A stretch of 63,905 bases of DNA, filler included, from Malassezia furfur (taxonomy: Eukaryota): assembly GCA_052055015.1 (NCBI GenBank). It is 7 parts of 7 records of this genome, joined end to end, with 100 filler letters (N's around TTAATTAATTAA, not from the genome) between each part and the next. Parts side by side here need not be neighbours in the genome. Positions count along the whole stretch, not along the records: positions 37,270 to 46,445 come from JBQJIT010000434.1; positions 46,546 to 55,697 come from JBQJIT010000435.1; 5 more parts are not named here. One strand, given 5' to 3'. Positions 43,855 to 55,797 of this stretch are shown here, piece after piece (within the stretch, counting starts at the first letter, position 1; each line of letters opens with the position of its first letter). The position numbers were made by a program, and so were the translations under genes. Below the pieces are notes generated by a model that ran no database searches, was not told where the DNA came from, and saw only the letters and a program-made list of their open reading frames with translations.

Positions 43855-45147
43855 ATGCTCCGACGAAGCGTGGGCGCGGGCGCCCTGGGCGCGCTGCGTG
43901 CCGCGGTGCGTGGACCGCGGTGGGTGTCGACACTGCGCAAGATCGAGGCGGACCCAGATGCCGCGCGCGAGGTGCCGACGCCGCTCCTGTTTGTCGCCGC
44001 GCCCGCATGGACGGGCGGGAAGGATGCGCAGACGTACGTGGGCCGCTGACGCAGGCAATTTGCGCCGCTGCTCGCGCAGGTACGGCGCCATGGCTTTACC
44101 TCGCTGCTGCTCGACCTCGATGTGCCGCGCGGACCCCCGCGCGATGCCCTCGCGCGGCTCGAGGCCGAGATGGCGGCGACGCTGGCACACCCGCCGCAGG
44201 ACGTCGGACCCGTGCCGTTCCCCCCGGCGCTCGTGGCGCTTGGGCCGGTGTGTGCGGTGGCCGAGGCGTACGCGTCGTCGCACCCGCTGACCGCGCTGCA
44301 GCTCATCAACCCTCCGCTGTCGATGCAGCGTGCCGTCGAGGCCCACCCCGAGCTGTTTGGCGAGGCGCCGCTGCCCGAGTTCGACTTTGAGGCGCACTTC
44401 CCCGTGCGTGTTGTGTGGCTGCGCGAAGAGCTGGTGCGGCACGCGGACGCGGGCATCCCGTGGTACGAGGTGCACCGCATCGAGCACGCGCGCGAGGAAG
44501 AGGCCGACGCGAGTTTGGACCGCTACGCATGGGCGTCGATGGACGACGGTGCGGACGAAATGGTGCAGTGGCTCGAGGACGAGGCCGGCGTGTATGTCGC
44601 AGAGGGCTTAACGGCAGGTAGGCACGGCCAGGCAAGCGAGGGCCTCGCGGAGGCGGCGGCCGAAGGCGCCGAGGGGGCCGAGGGAGCCGAGCAGGCCGAG
44701 CGGGAGGCGAGCGCGGCGTACGTTGCGCCAGGTACCGTGCCTGAGTGGTTCGCCCGGGGTGAGTATGCGTTCGCGCCCGACAACTCCAAAAAGATGCCCG
44801 TCGTGCTGGACGAGCGCGACTTGGAGGAGCGGTTCATCCGCGGCTCCGGTCCCGGCGGCCAGGCGATCAACAAGCTCGCGACCAACGTTGAGCTGGTACA
44901 TACGCCGACCGGCATACGCATCACGAGCCAGCCGACGCGCAGTCGCGAGCAGAACCGCGTCGCGGCGCGGCGGACGCTGTCGCAGCGGCTCGAGTGGCTC
45001 ATCAAGAAGGACTGGGCACCGACGCCCCGCGGTGCATCGCGCGCCCTCGCCCCCAGCGTGCTTGCCTCCCAGTGGGACAAGGCACGGCGGCGCAAGGCAA
45101 AGAAGAAGAAGAAGCAGCGCCGGCGCGCCGCCGACGCCGCGCCGTAG
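43855..45147 (+). CDS. Mitochondrial protein with a degenerate alpha/beta-hydrolase-like domain followed by a GGQ release-factor domain (C12orf65/MTRFR-like); intron 44034-44054 and alternative intron 44592-44617/44621
   Basis: Arg-rich presequence; DLEERFIRGSGPGGQAINK....V.L.H.PTGI......TRSREQNR and a basic C-terminal tail. Confidence 0.7.
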
Positions 45148-45358
45148 CGCCGTAGCATCCTCCCGCCGGAGGCGCATAGTTCCCAGGTCCCACGTGCATC
45201 AATCCCCGCCGGCGCGGCGCGGCGCCGTGTTGCTCAACACGCAACGCGCCTCGCCNNNNNNNNNNCGGCGGGAGGATGCTACGGCGCTACGGCGCGGCGC
45301 GTTTTTGTGCCGACGACCCTGGCGAGGCGCGTTGCGTGTTGAGCAACACGGCGCCGCG
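45135..45358. repeat. Two interleaved perfect inverted-repeat pairs around a 10-N gap
   Basis: 45135-45168 is the reverse complement of 45266-45299 (34 nt); 45218-45255 is the reverse complement of 45321-45358 (38 nt). Confidence 0.9.
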
Positions 45359-45387
45359 GGTGTGCATTGCGCAGAAACCGGTGCTGC

Positions 45388-46445
45388 ATGTCGGCGACGG
45401 CAGCGAGCCTGCCAGCCTCCGTGGGCCGTGATTCGGCGCGCGCCGGCCCCTCGTCCGGCGCCGCCGCTTCCTCGGCGCCGTTGAGCGTCGTGCCCAAGGC
45501 AGAGCAGACGGACGCGTGGCCGTCGGGCAGCGGCGCCGACGACCCTAGCCAGGGTGCGGCCGCTGCGCCCGACGGCCCGATCCGCGCGTACGCCAAGCTC
45601 GAGTTCCCTGGGTTCTCGTACTACGTCCAGACGCTCCAAGTCACCATCGGCCGGCGCCCAGGCCAGCTGCAAGGCGCCCACGCCGCGCCTGTGCGTGCGC
45701 CGACGCCGTCCGCGCGGCACGGCGACGTGGACGTCGACCTGGGCCCACTGAAATCCATTTCGCGCCTGCACGCGCGCATCTTTTACTCGACGCAGCCGCA
45801 TGCGTACCGGCATCGGACGCACCTCTCGCCGATGCTCACGCCCGGCGGCACGGCGCCCGACGCACGGGACGCCGCGAGCGACGCCGGCACGCCCGGTGCG
45901 GACGAAGGGCGCTTCCTGCTCGAGGTGCTGGGGCGCAACGGCGCGTTTGTGGACGACGTGTGGGTGCGCATGAACGGCGTTGCGCCGCTTGGGCGGCGCA
46001 CCAAGATCCAGATCGCGGAGCGTGTCTTCTACTTTGTGCTGCCGCCGCCCGCGCCCGTCGACGACGACGCGGCGAGTGTGTCGGGCTCCGAGAGCGGCGT
46101 CGCGCTGTCGGACGACGGCTCCGCCTCCTCCTCCGAGCTGTCCGACGTCGAGCACGACGAGGCGCCGGCGCCGACGCCGACGTCGCCCGCGGCGCCCAAG
46201 CTCGTGCTCAAGGCGCGCGCAAAGCTCTCGCCCCCGCGCAAGGACGCACCCAAGCGCGCGCACGACGCGTCGCCGGACGACGCACACGCCAAGCGGCGGC
46301 GCGCAGGCTCCGACGGTCCGGCGCCGCTGCCCGTCGGCACGCCGATCGGCATCGAGGCGCTCAAGCCGCCGCGCGGCAAGGGCAAGGGCAAGGGCAAGAG
46401 CAAGGCCGAGGCGCCGCCCGACGCGCCGGCTGAGGCGCCGCCCGC
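45388..46445 (+). CDS. FHA-domain (forkhead Fhl1/Fkh-like) transcription factor, 3' truncated
   Basis: AYAKLEF....YYVQTL.VTIGRR, DVDLGPLKSISRLHARIFY, LEVLGRNGAFVDD FHA motifs. Confidence 0.8.
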
Positions 46446-46545
46446 NNNNNNNNNNNNNNNNNNNNNNNNNNNNNNNNNNNNNNNNNNNNTTAATTAATTA
46501 ANNNNNNNNNNNNNNNNNNNNNNNNNNNNNNNNNNNNNNNNNNNN
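46446..46545. other. Artificial contig linker
   Basis: Same 100-nt spacer. Confidence 0.97.
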
Positions 46546-49500
46546 GCGCCACGCGGCGCACCGCGGGGGCGCGGCGTGCCACGCACCGCGCCCTGCATGC
46601 GGCCGGACTGCTCGATGCGCGCGACGTGCACCGCCGAAGTGGTCAGGCTCGAGAGGAACGCCTTGCTCTCCTTCGTGAGCGCGTCGTCGTCGCCCAGGCG
46701 CTCGTGGAAGATGCGCCATGCGTCCTTCTCGACGCGGATCGCGTTTTTCAGGTCGCCGCTCAGCGTCAGCGCCTGGCTCAGCTCGTGCGCCATGTTGCCC
46801 GTGTAGATGCTGTCGGGGCCAAACAGGCCCTGCGCGAGCTCGTGCGCACTCTCGTAGACCTTGAGCGAGGTACGGAAGTCGCGCTTCGCCTGCAGCAGCA
46901 GCGCAATCGACGACAGCGTGTGCACCGCGTCGGGGTGATTGTCGCCGTACAGCAGCTGCCACAGCGCAAGCACGCGGTGCTGGTAGCGCAGCGCCGCGTC
47001 CAGGTTGCCCGCGGTGCGCTCAATCACCGCCAGGTTCATGTACTGCATCATCGTGTCGGGGTGGTCCAAGCCGAGCGTACGCTCCGAAATGGTCACCGCC
47101 TGGCGCTGGAAGCGCAATGCGTTGTCAATGGTCACCGTCTCGGCGACGATGGCAGGCAGGTCGTCCAGCAGGGACGCACCGTTCGCAGCGTCCGTACCGT
47201 TGGCCTGCGTCTCGCCAGACTGCGGCTCGGACGCCTTTTCGTCCAAGGCCTTTTCGTCCGAGGCCTTGTCGTCCGAGGCCTTCTCGCCCTCGGCCTTTTG
47301 CTCGCCCTCGGCCTTTTGCTCGCCCTCGGCCTGCTCGCCCTCGGCCTTCTCCGCCTCCTTCTTGGCCTTTTCACGCGCAACCTCCGTAGCAAAGTGGTGC
47401 GCGAGCGAGGCAAACAGCGCGTAGCAGCGCGCCGTCTCGGGGTGCACAAGACCGTACACCTGCTCGTGGAAGCCGATGCCCTCGAGCAGCAGCTCCGTGC
47501 CGAGCTCGCGGTCGCCGCGCGCAAACGCAAGGCGCCCCGCCTCGAACGCCTCCTCGACCAGCGCGCTCTTGGGCGTCGACGTCTTGACGAGCGGCACGAC
47601 GTTCAGCACGTCGTCCGGCACAAAGGTCGTCGACCGCGGCGGCGGCGCCTGCGCGAGCGTCTTCTTCTTGCCGCCCTGCTTCTTGGGCGCGGCCGCAGGC
47701 GTGGTGGGCGCAGCGTCCTTCGTAAACAGGTACTCCTGCACACGCAGCTGGATGCCCATGGCCATGCACAGCTCGCGCAGCACCTGCTGCTTGTGCAGCG
47801 TCGCCAGCGCGTCCTCGGGCAGCTCGAAGCGGAAGCGCGTACGCACGCACGCACGCAGCTCGTCCGCCAGCGCCGCGGGCGTCAGCGAGGCCCACGCCGA
47901 CGTGCCGCGCTCGCCAAACGGCGCCGCGGGCACAACCGGCTTCGGGCTCGCCTCGACCTCGGTGCCGAGCAGGCAGTTGAAGAAGTGCGCGATGCACGGC
48001 GCAACGGCGGTCGGCAGCGCACCGCGCAGCTGGCGGCGCAGCACATGCTTCGCGGCACGCACCACCATCGTCTGGATCGCGACGCGGCGCATCGACGCAA
48101 GGAGCGCCTCGTGGCCGGGGCCCAGCTTCGCGACGATGCGCTCGTCGAGCTGCGCCTTTTGCGATGGCTGGCTCAGGTGCGCGACGCGGCCGAGGTAGCG
48201 CAGGTTGATGCCGCGCGAGTGCAGCTGCTGCGCCAACGCCACGCCGTCCGCACACGACACAAGGCCGGCCGCGGCGTCGCTCACGAAGCGCGGGATCGCC
48301 GTGTCGCGCAGGTACGCGCCCGCGTCGCGCACCGCACGCACGCTCGGGTCGCTCTCGTCGCGCACCGGCACAGTGACGTTGCCCTGCACGCTGTACTCGA
48401 CAAACGCATCGGGGTTGAACGTGAGGCGGAAGTCGGCGACGTCGATACGCGCGGGCGTCTCCTCGTTCGGGTCCTTGTTCGCGAGCTTGGCGCGCGCAAA
48501 CTCGCGCAGCGCGTGGTCGTAGTACAGCTCGATCAGCTCGGGGCGCAGCAGCGTCAGGCGGTGCGGGTACGCCGGCGCGTCGGTGCCCTCGAGCACCGCG
48601 CCGTCGATGTCGCGCTCCAGGAACGCCACGTCCACCGGGCACGTCCGCGACACGTCCAGCAGGTACTTGCGTCCGTCGGCGCCGCGCAGGCCCTTGCAGT
48701 CCACACTGACGCACAGCGAGTGCTCCTCGCCGGCCGCGTCGGGCACGGCGTGCTCGGCGAGGTGCAGACGCTCCGCGGCGGGGCGCAGCACCTCGGCAAA
48801 CGCCGCGTCCGTGTGGATCACGTCGGGGCCCTCGACGCCGCCGTACGCGACCGAGGCGGCCGAAGCCGCCTCGGTGGTTTCTGCGGCGTCCGAGGCCGGC
48901 GCCGCCTCCTCGCCGTCCGGCGCCGTGGCAGCCGCCGCCGCGGCCTGCTCCTGGCTCTTGAACAGGCCCGGCACGATCGTCTGCACCACCCAGCGCTCCC
49001 CGAGCCAGTCGACCACGACCGTGCCGAGCAGGTACAGACCATCGACGTCCACACCGGCAAACATGCGCACGCCCTGCACGTCCTTGCTCACCGCGACGTG
49101 CGCCGCTTCGTCGCCGCCGAGGTAGGGGTAGATGTGCACGCCGTCCACACCCTTGGACACGAACAGGTTGTTGAAGAGGTACATGTGCGCCTCGGGCGCG
49201 TCCGCAGGGTTCATCGGCACCACGTCGCCGGCCGCGACGCGCGGCACAGCGCGCGCCGCAGCGAGGCTCAGCTCGGCGTACAGGCGGTTCAGCACGCGGT
49301 CGCGCATCAGGCGCTCGGCAAGCGTGCCACGCGGCAGCTCGCGCGAGGACTGCAGCTCCTCGTTCCAGTCGCGTGCGGCGTCGAGCGTGTCGGACGACAT
49401 GGCGCCCGTCAGCAGGAACGCCGTCTGCGAGCGGAGCAGGTCCGCGTCGTGCCGCGGCATGCGCGCGAGCCACGGCGCGGCCGGCATCGTATTCATCACA

Positions 49501-50384
49501 GGCAGCGCCGAGAAGTAGTCGCGCGTCGACACGGGGTCGTTGAAGAGCTTGGCAAAGTTGCGCAAGAAGAGCGGCGACGCGGCGCACAGCACGTCGAACA
49601 GCGACGCGGACGCCAGCTCCGCCTTGTCCTCGCGCGGCTGCGGGTCAAAGCGGTTCGCCGCGCTCTTGTTCACAAAGAAGCCGTGCACACACGCGGTGAT
49701 GTGCAGCGCCTCGCCCTCGAGCGTCTCGGCGACGAGGTAGAGCAGGTGGCCCTGCAGCGCCAGCGGCTGTGGCGGCGGGTTCCACGCACTCAGGTACAGG
49801 TTGCGCAGGCACCGCGGCAGCGCACGCACGCCACGGCACGCCGCAGGGTACAGCAGCGCCGTGCTGCTCGCCGGCCAGCCGTTCCACTGGTCCACCGACG
49901 GCACCGGCGCCTCGGACGGCCACTCTTCGGGGTGCGCCACGGCGTCGTGCACCGTCGCTCCCGCATCGATGCTCAGCGCCGACGGGTCCGCCTGGCCACC
50001 GGTGAGCAGGTCGCGCAGGCGCTGCAGGTGCGTGCGCACCGCCATGTCCGTGTAGGGCACATGCACCACATCGAGCACGCGGCGCTCCACGGGCACGTCG
50101 GCAAACACCTCGGCAAGCGGCGCCCACTCCTTCACACGCTCGTCCGACTTGGGCTGCTTGAACGCAAACGCCCCGAGCCAGTAGCCCTCGGGGCTGTCGT
50201 TGATCGTTGCGCGCAAGTCGTTCAGCGTCTCGGTGGGCGTCACAGCGATGCGCAGCGGCGACGGCGTCTCCGGCAGGCCAAGCTGTGCCACCTTCTTCGG
50301 CAGCAGCGGCCGCGCCGGCAGCCGCAGCTGCAGCTCAAACGTCTGGGCCTCTGCGTCCACGGGGGTCGGACCTGCCTCGTCCAT
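46546..50384 (-). CDS. CLU1: Clustered mitochondria protein Clu1/Tif31 (CLU + TPR domains), extreme 3' end truncated
   Basis: SAWNPPP..L.LQGHLLYL..ETLEG, RDWNEELQSSRELP, KGL.G.DGRKYLLD..R, YPHRLTLLRPEL, SERTLGLDHPDT. Confidence 0.93.
47245..47350 (-). repeat. Short tandem coding repeats (AEGEQK / ASD(D/E)K units)
   Basis: Repeated CTCGCCCTCGGCCTTTTG 18-mers and 15-mers inside CLU1. Confidence 0.7.
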
Positions 50385-50462
50385 TTTGCGCAAGAAGAAC
50401 CCCCACGGCGCGCGCGGACTTGGGCCGGCTTAACGCTGACAAAACCTCCACTCCCCCGCAGC

Positions 50463-51938
50463 ATGGAGCGCTGGGAGCGCTGGGAGGTGCGCGCTGCGGA
50501 CGTGCGCGCGGCGCTCGCGCCAGGCGAGGCGCTCGTTGCCGAGCAGAGCGGCGTGGGGATGTACGACCGGCAGGAAAAGGTGCCGCTGCGTGCCGTAGGC
50601 ACCGCCGTCCTCACTACGCACCGCCTGGCGTACGTCGACGCCGCGCAGGCTGCCGAACAGTCGTGCTTTGTGCGCCTCGATGCCATTCGGCAGACGGAGC
50701 ACTATGCGGGGTTTTTGAAGAGCAGCCCCAAGGTCACCATCGTGCTGCGTGAACAGACCGCAGCACCGAGCGGGCCGTGGACGTGTGCGGTGTGCGGCTT
50801 CCAGAATACCAGGGCGACGTCGCTCGACGTGTGCGCCCTGTGCGGCGTCGCGCGGCCCGCGGAGACGACCAGCGCCACACCCAGTGCGCAGGCCGCAGCT
50901 TCCACATCGGCGAGCACCGTGCCTGCGCCGGTGGTGCCCGAGAAAGGGTGCCCGCGCTGCACCTTTCTCAACCACCCGGCGATGACCCACTGCGAGATGT
51001 GCGAGGCGCCACTCGCGACAGCCCCTGCGCCACCCACGCCTACCCCGACCCCAGCCGTGGCCCCGGTCGTGGCCCCTAGCTCGCCCCCTTTCGTCAAGTT
51101 CAGCTTCCGCAAGGGCGGCGACAAGGCCTTCTATGCACAGCTGCGCTCCACCCTCCAGTCCAAGCCGTGGCTCGTCGAGCCGCGACGGCGGCCGGCCGCG
51201 GGCATCGACGGCGTGCTCAGCCAGGACACAGCGCCCGCGGCCCCTGCCCCCGACGCCTTCCAGGACCTCGAGGCGCTGATGAAGCAGGCGAAGCAGATGG
51301 TCGATCTCGCCGCGACGCTGCGTACGCAGCTCGAGCGCCGCGAGCGTCTCTTGGCGCACGACGGGCAGCAGTCGCACGACGATACCGTCTCGATGATCCA
51401 GTCGGCGCTCGTCCAGCTCGGCCTCGCGGCGCCCGCCGTGACGCCCGAGATGGTCAAGAGCGAGCGCGAGTACCATGTCGAGCTGGCGCGCGAACTGGCG
51501 AGTCTGCTCACCGCACCGAATGGCATGCTTGACCGTGGCGTGCTGGCGCTCGACGAGGTGTGGGGTCTATGGAACCGCGCGCGCGGGACCGGTACGTGAC
51601 ATGCTTACGCAGCGCTCGTCTCGCCCAAGGTGCTGCGCCATGCCGTGGCGTACCTACCCGAGGTCACCTCGCCGCCGATCGCGCTGCGCGTGCTGCGCTC
51701 GGGCCGCACGATCCTGTATACCCCCCGCTTTGCAGACGCGGCCTTCGAGGCGCGCGTGTACGAGCACCTCGCCACGCCTCAGACCACGCTGCAGCTCGCG
51801 GCGGCCGAGCAGCTGCCGCTCGCCCTGCTCTCCGAGCTGCTGCACACCGTCGCGCAGCAGACGACACGCATCGCGCGCGACGACTGCGACCTGCGCGACA
51901 CGCGCTGGTTCCGAAACACGGTGCTGCTGGCTACATAG
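50463..51938 (+). CDS. VPS36: ESCRT-II subunit Vps36 (split GLUE domain with two NZF zinc fingers); intron 51592-51612
   Basis: LTTHRL, W.C.VC.F.N and CPRCTFLNHP..T.CEMC, KFSFRKGG, AFQDLEALM, NRARGTALVSP. Confidence 0.92.
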
Positions 51939-53007
51939 GCTTGCGTGCGTAGAAGAAGTAGTTGCACTGCTCCGTCCACCGCTGCGTGCCGCCGAGCAGC
52001 GGCGGCAGCCACGACGTCACGGGCTGCGCCGTGGCCGCCGCGTCGGCGACCGACGGGCGGGCGAGCACCCACTTTTCCAGCACAGGCAGGTACATGGTGC
52101 CGCGCGTCTCGTACTGCAGGCGCAGCGGCAGCGGCGCGACGGGCGCGCCGTCGGGCAGCGTCGCACGCCCGGTCGGCTGGGCGGCCTCAGGGCCGAACCA
52201 GCGGAGCTCGTCGCGGAAAAAGGACACAAGCTCCTCGGGGTTGATGTACTGCGCGTGGCGGTGCGTGCCGCGGCTCACCACACGCAGGAGGTCCTCGGCG
52301 AGGAAGATGGTCAGGAAGTAGGACAGGGCCGTACGCGACATGGTCGACATAAACACCATCCCACCGGGGCGCACAAGGTCCGCGACGCACCGCAGAAACT
52401 CGGCAGGGTCGTGGACGTGCTCTACGACCTCCATCGCGGTCACAACATCGTACTGCTGCCCCTCGTTGCGCAGCGCCTCGGCCGTCGCTGCAACGTACGC
52501 CAGCGAATGCGGCTCAAACGCGCGGGGGTCCGCACGCAGACGCAGCCCGGGGTCCTGCTGCGCATGCACGGTCGCCACCTTGACGTTCTCCGCCGAGGCG
52601 TCCACGCCCGTGACGCACGCGCCGAGCCGCGCAGCGCTCTCCGTGAGGATGCCACCGCCCGAGCCGATGTCGAGCATCGACAGGCCGGACAGGAACGACG
52701 CAGGCGGCGGCGACGGCGGTGCCTCTTTGCCCAGCACGTCGGCGAGCGCCGCGTCCCAGCCGCGCATCTCGTCGAGCTTCTCGCGCATAAACTCGATGCG
52801 CACGCGGTTCATGCGGTGCAGCGGCTTAAATTCCCCGTCCTCGTCCCACCAGTGCTCCGAGAGCCGGCTAAAGTGGGCAATGTCCGCAGGGTCGATCGAC
52901 GAGTAGCTCGCGCGTGCGACCGACGTGTGCAGCGCGCGCGGTACGCACGGCGCACGGCGCACGGCGCGCGACACCGGCGCAGCCCACCGGCACGGCGGGC
53001 GGATCAT
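51931..53007 (-). CDS. COQ3: Ubiquinone biosynthesis O-methyltransferase
   Basis: WWDEDGEFKPLHRMN.VR, LDIGSGGGIL, MEVVEHV, GTH....YINPEEL. Confidence 0.92.
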   Translation of the reverse strand: MIRPPCRWAAPVSRAVRRAPCVPRALHTSVARASYSSIDPADIAHFSRLSEHWWDEDGEFKPLHRMNRVRIEFMREKLDEMRGWDAALADVLGKEAPPSPPPASFLSGLSMLDIGSGGGILTESAARLGACVTGVDASAENVKVATVHAQQDPGLRLRADPRAFEPHSLAYVAATAEALRNEGQQYDVVTAMEVVEHVHDPAEFLRCVADLVRPGGMVFMSTMSRTALSYFLTIFLAEDLLRVVSRGTHRHAQYINPEELVSFFRDELRWFGPEAAQPTGRATLPDGAPVAPLPLRLQYETRGTMYLPVLEKWVLARPSVADAAATAQPVTSWLPPLLGGTQRWTEQCNYFFYARKPM

Positions 53008-53030
53008 GTGGAGAAGCCAACGCCTACCTT

Positions 53031-55296
53031 CTACATGGCCAGCACATACAGGCAGCACGCCGCGGCCCCCTCCACGACCACGGGCAGGTAGCCCAGCAGC
53101 ACGATGGGCAGCGTCGAGGCGCGCAGCACATGGTAGTCCCACGCGGCCAAGTCGATCGCGGCCGGCAGCTGCGCACGCACGTACTGCAGCGTATGCGACG
53201 CCGGCGCCCACGACACGGCAGCGGCCAGGAGGGCGATGAGCGCCACGGGCGTCACCAGCACAAGACGCACATAGCTGGCAAAGTAGCGCGCGCGAGCGGC
53301 CCAGCCACGCGCGATCGGCACGGCGGCGTGCATGCCCCACGGCGGCACAAGGGGGTACAGCGCGAGCGTCAGCAGCAGCGCCATGGTCGTCGCCTGCGCA
53401 AAGTTGAGCGTGCTCAGCACACTCACGACCATGCCCGCGTGCAGCAGCGCAAACGCCTGCAGACACGTGCCGAGCTGCACGAGGTCGAGGCGCAGCGCAC
53501 GCGCCGCGGCGGCCAGCGCCCACGGCAGCACCGCCGGCACCGCGCCGAGCCAGACTAGCGCGTGGCACGCGCCCCACCCCCGCACGGCGCAGTCGACGGG
53601 CGCATGCACCGCGATCGCGAGACACACAAGCCCGCCGGCATGCGCCGCGGCGATGCACCCGAGCGCGGACCACACCGGGCGCGCCATCTCGCGGTACGCC
53701 CGGAGCGCAATGCCGCGCAGCTCGGCCGGCACGTTGGCCAACGCGCGCTCGAGCTCGGCATACACGGGGCGCTCGAGGCGCGGCGCATCCGACGCAGGCA
53801 CGACGCGCTCCGCGAGCTTGGTGCGCAGCCGATCGCGGCGCGCGCCGAGCGCGTTCCACAGCGCAAGGCCCGTGAGCGTCAGCGCGGCACCGAGGAGCAG
53901 CGGCACAACGAGGTACGTGCCGATCGGGACAAACAGCCGCGGCGAGAGCAGCAAATAGAAGAACTGCGAGTGGTGCAGCCGCTCGTGCAGGTTCGAGAAG
54001 GCCCGCAGCGTCAGCTCCACCACCCCGCCCAGGTCGTAGAACCCGCGGGGGCCGGGCGCCGGCTCGGCAAACAGCGTGAGCGCATCGACGTGGAAGGGCA
54101 GCAGCACCCCGTGCACGCCGCTGGGGTGCCCGGCCAGCTGCAGGCGCCACTGCGCCGCAAGCGCGCGCCAGCCGGCCAGGAAGCGGTGCACGGCGACGGG
54201 CGACAACACGCGCTGCTCGAGCCACACGAGCGGCGCGCGCGGCACGCCCTTGGCCACGAGCGTGTCGAGCGTCGGCACGGCATGCTCCACCTCCTCGTAC
54301 GTCGCGCCGTGCAGGCCCATGGGCGGATCAAAGTAGAGGCCTTGGAGGATGTGCGTCACCGTGTTCAGGGTATCGAGGTTCGGCAGCTGCGCGTCGCGCC
54401 CTTCGTGCAGGAGCGACACCGAAGAATAGGAGTCGGCGGGGTAGTCGAGTGCGACGGCGTTCCAGATGTGCGCGCCGCCGCTGTGCACCTCGTCGGCGAC
54501 GAGCGTCGGCTGCGGCTTGGCAAAGTACGCCGTGGCCCACGCCTGCATCCCATCCAGGAAGCCATCGCTGAACACCACCAGCAAATCCTTGCTCCAGTAC
54601 GCCGACGTGGACAAGCGGCGCACAAGCGCCAGCGTGATGGCCACGCCGCGCACGTTGGCCGCACGCACAGCGCCGGGCGCGGTGTAGGGCAGTCCCGCAC
54701 CGTTGGCACGGGGGTCCTTCCAGCGGCTCAGCCAGCTCGCGGCGAGCACGGTGGCCTCGCGCCCGTCGATACGCGGCGCACGCACGCGCGCGTACACATT
54801 GGTGCCGTGGATCGGCGCGCCGTGGGGGACGTAGAAGGTGTAGTTCTGGGTATGTGTTTCGAGGCCGAGGCGCTCGAGCTCCGCGCTGAGGTACGCAATG
54901 CGCCCGGCCGTGTCGTTGGCACGCGCAAACGCCTCCAGTGCGTCCGAGGCGCGGTCCGCGTAGTGCACGTCGTCCCAGCCCCAGGTCCGCTTCACCTGCC
55001 CGGGCTGCAGCGCGTTTTCATCCACATACACGCCCCGCGAAAACGGCGGGCCGGGCACAGCAAGCAGCACGAGCCAGATCAGGGCGGCCACGACGAGCGC
55101 AGCGCTGGGTGAGCGCAACAGCGACGTACCGCAGGACCGGTGCCAAGCGGCGCAGCGCCGCAACGATGCGCTGCCGACGCCGCACCTGCGCCGCGACGCG
55201 CGTCAGCGACACGTCGTCATACGCGTCCGCGTCGGGTGCGGCATCGTCCGCGAGCTTCTCGGGCGTCGGATGGCGTACTGCATTCATGGGATCCAT
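53031..55296 (-). CDS. GAA1: GPI transamidase subunit Gaa1; intron 55105-55129
   Basis: YVDENALQPGQ, RAPR.DG.EA, WSKD, QLPNLD..N, NLHERLHHSQFFYL, multi-TM C-terminus. Confidence 0.9.
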
Positions 55297-55403
55297 GTTC
55301 CTATTGACCGGCGAGCGCGTGGGCGCTGTCTATGCACTGTCAGTATCTGCACACATGGGGGAGGAGGGAGGGGGAGCGATCAGGAGCAAGGCCAATAGCG
55401 TAA

Positions 55404-55697
55404 ATGCCCGCTCGGGAAAGTTCTCGGCACGATGCATACGACTGGTGCCAGCAAAGCGTTGGGTTCATCACGCCGTACAGAGAGGGACGCAACTTACCTG
55501 GGTCGTGGAAGAAGCCAAGGGACGTAAGCGATGGAGGTGTGTACCTAGTACCACCCGCCGTTCGTGCGCCAGCGGTCGGCGCGGCGCGGCGCGGCCGGCG
55601 CCGGTGCCGGTGCTCCCCAAGCTGCGGCGCCCGCGCCGCCCAGGCCAGGGATGGTATCGTACTGCGCCGCAGCGCCCTCGGGCTCGCGGCGCGCAAG
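55404..55697 (+). CDS. Possible N-terminal fragment of an unidentified protein
   Basis: ATG-started ORF open into the contig end, divergent from GAA1; no recognised motif. Confidence 0.3.
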
Positions 55698-55797
55698 NNN
55701 NNNNNNNNNNNNNNNNNNNNNNNNNNNNNNNNNNNNNNNNNTTAATTAATTAANNNNNNNNNNNNNNNNNNNNNNNNNNNNNNNNNNNNNNNNNNNN
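55698..55797. other. Artificial contig linker
   Basis: Same 100-nt spacer. Confidence 0.97.

Noticed and set aside
46626..50400. 1657-aa plus-strand ORF, and similar long antisense ORFs (588-2018, 16731-18644, 19243-21489, 25514-27613, 28271-30496)
   Set aside because: These are shadow frames opposite real genes with very high GC3. Only the last part of the 1657-aa ORF (from 50463) is genuine VPS36.
51931..54225. Apparent 764-aa N-terminally extended COQ3, and extended MAM33, PWP1 and E2 ORFs
   Set aside because: The extensions are alternative frames overlapping neighbouring genes; the real starts are internal ATGs.
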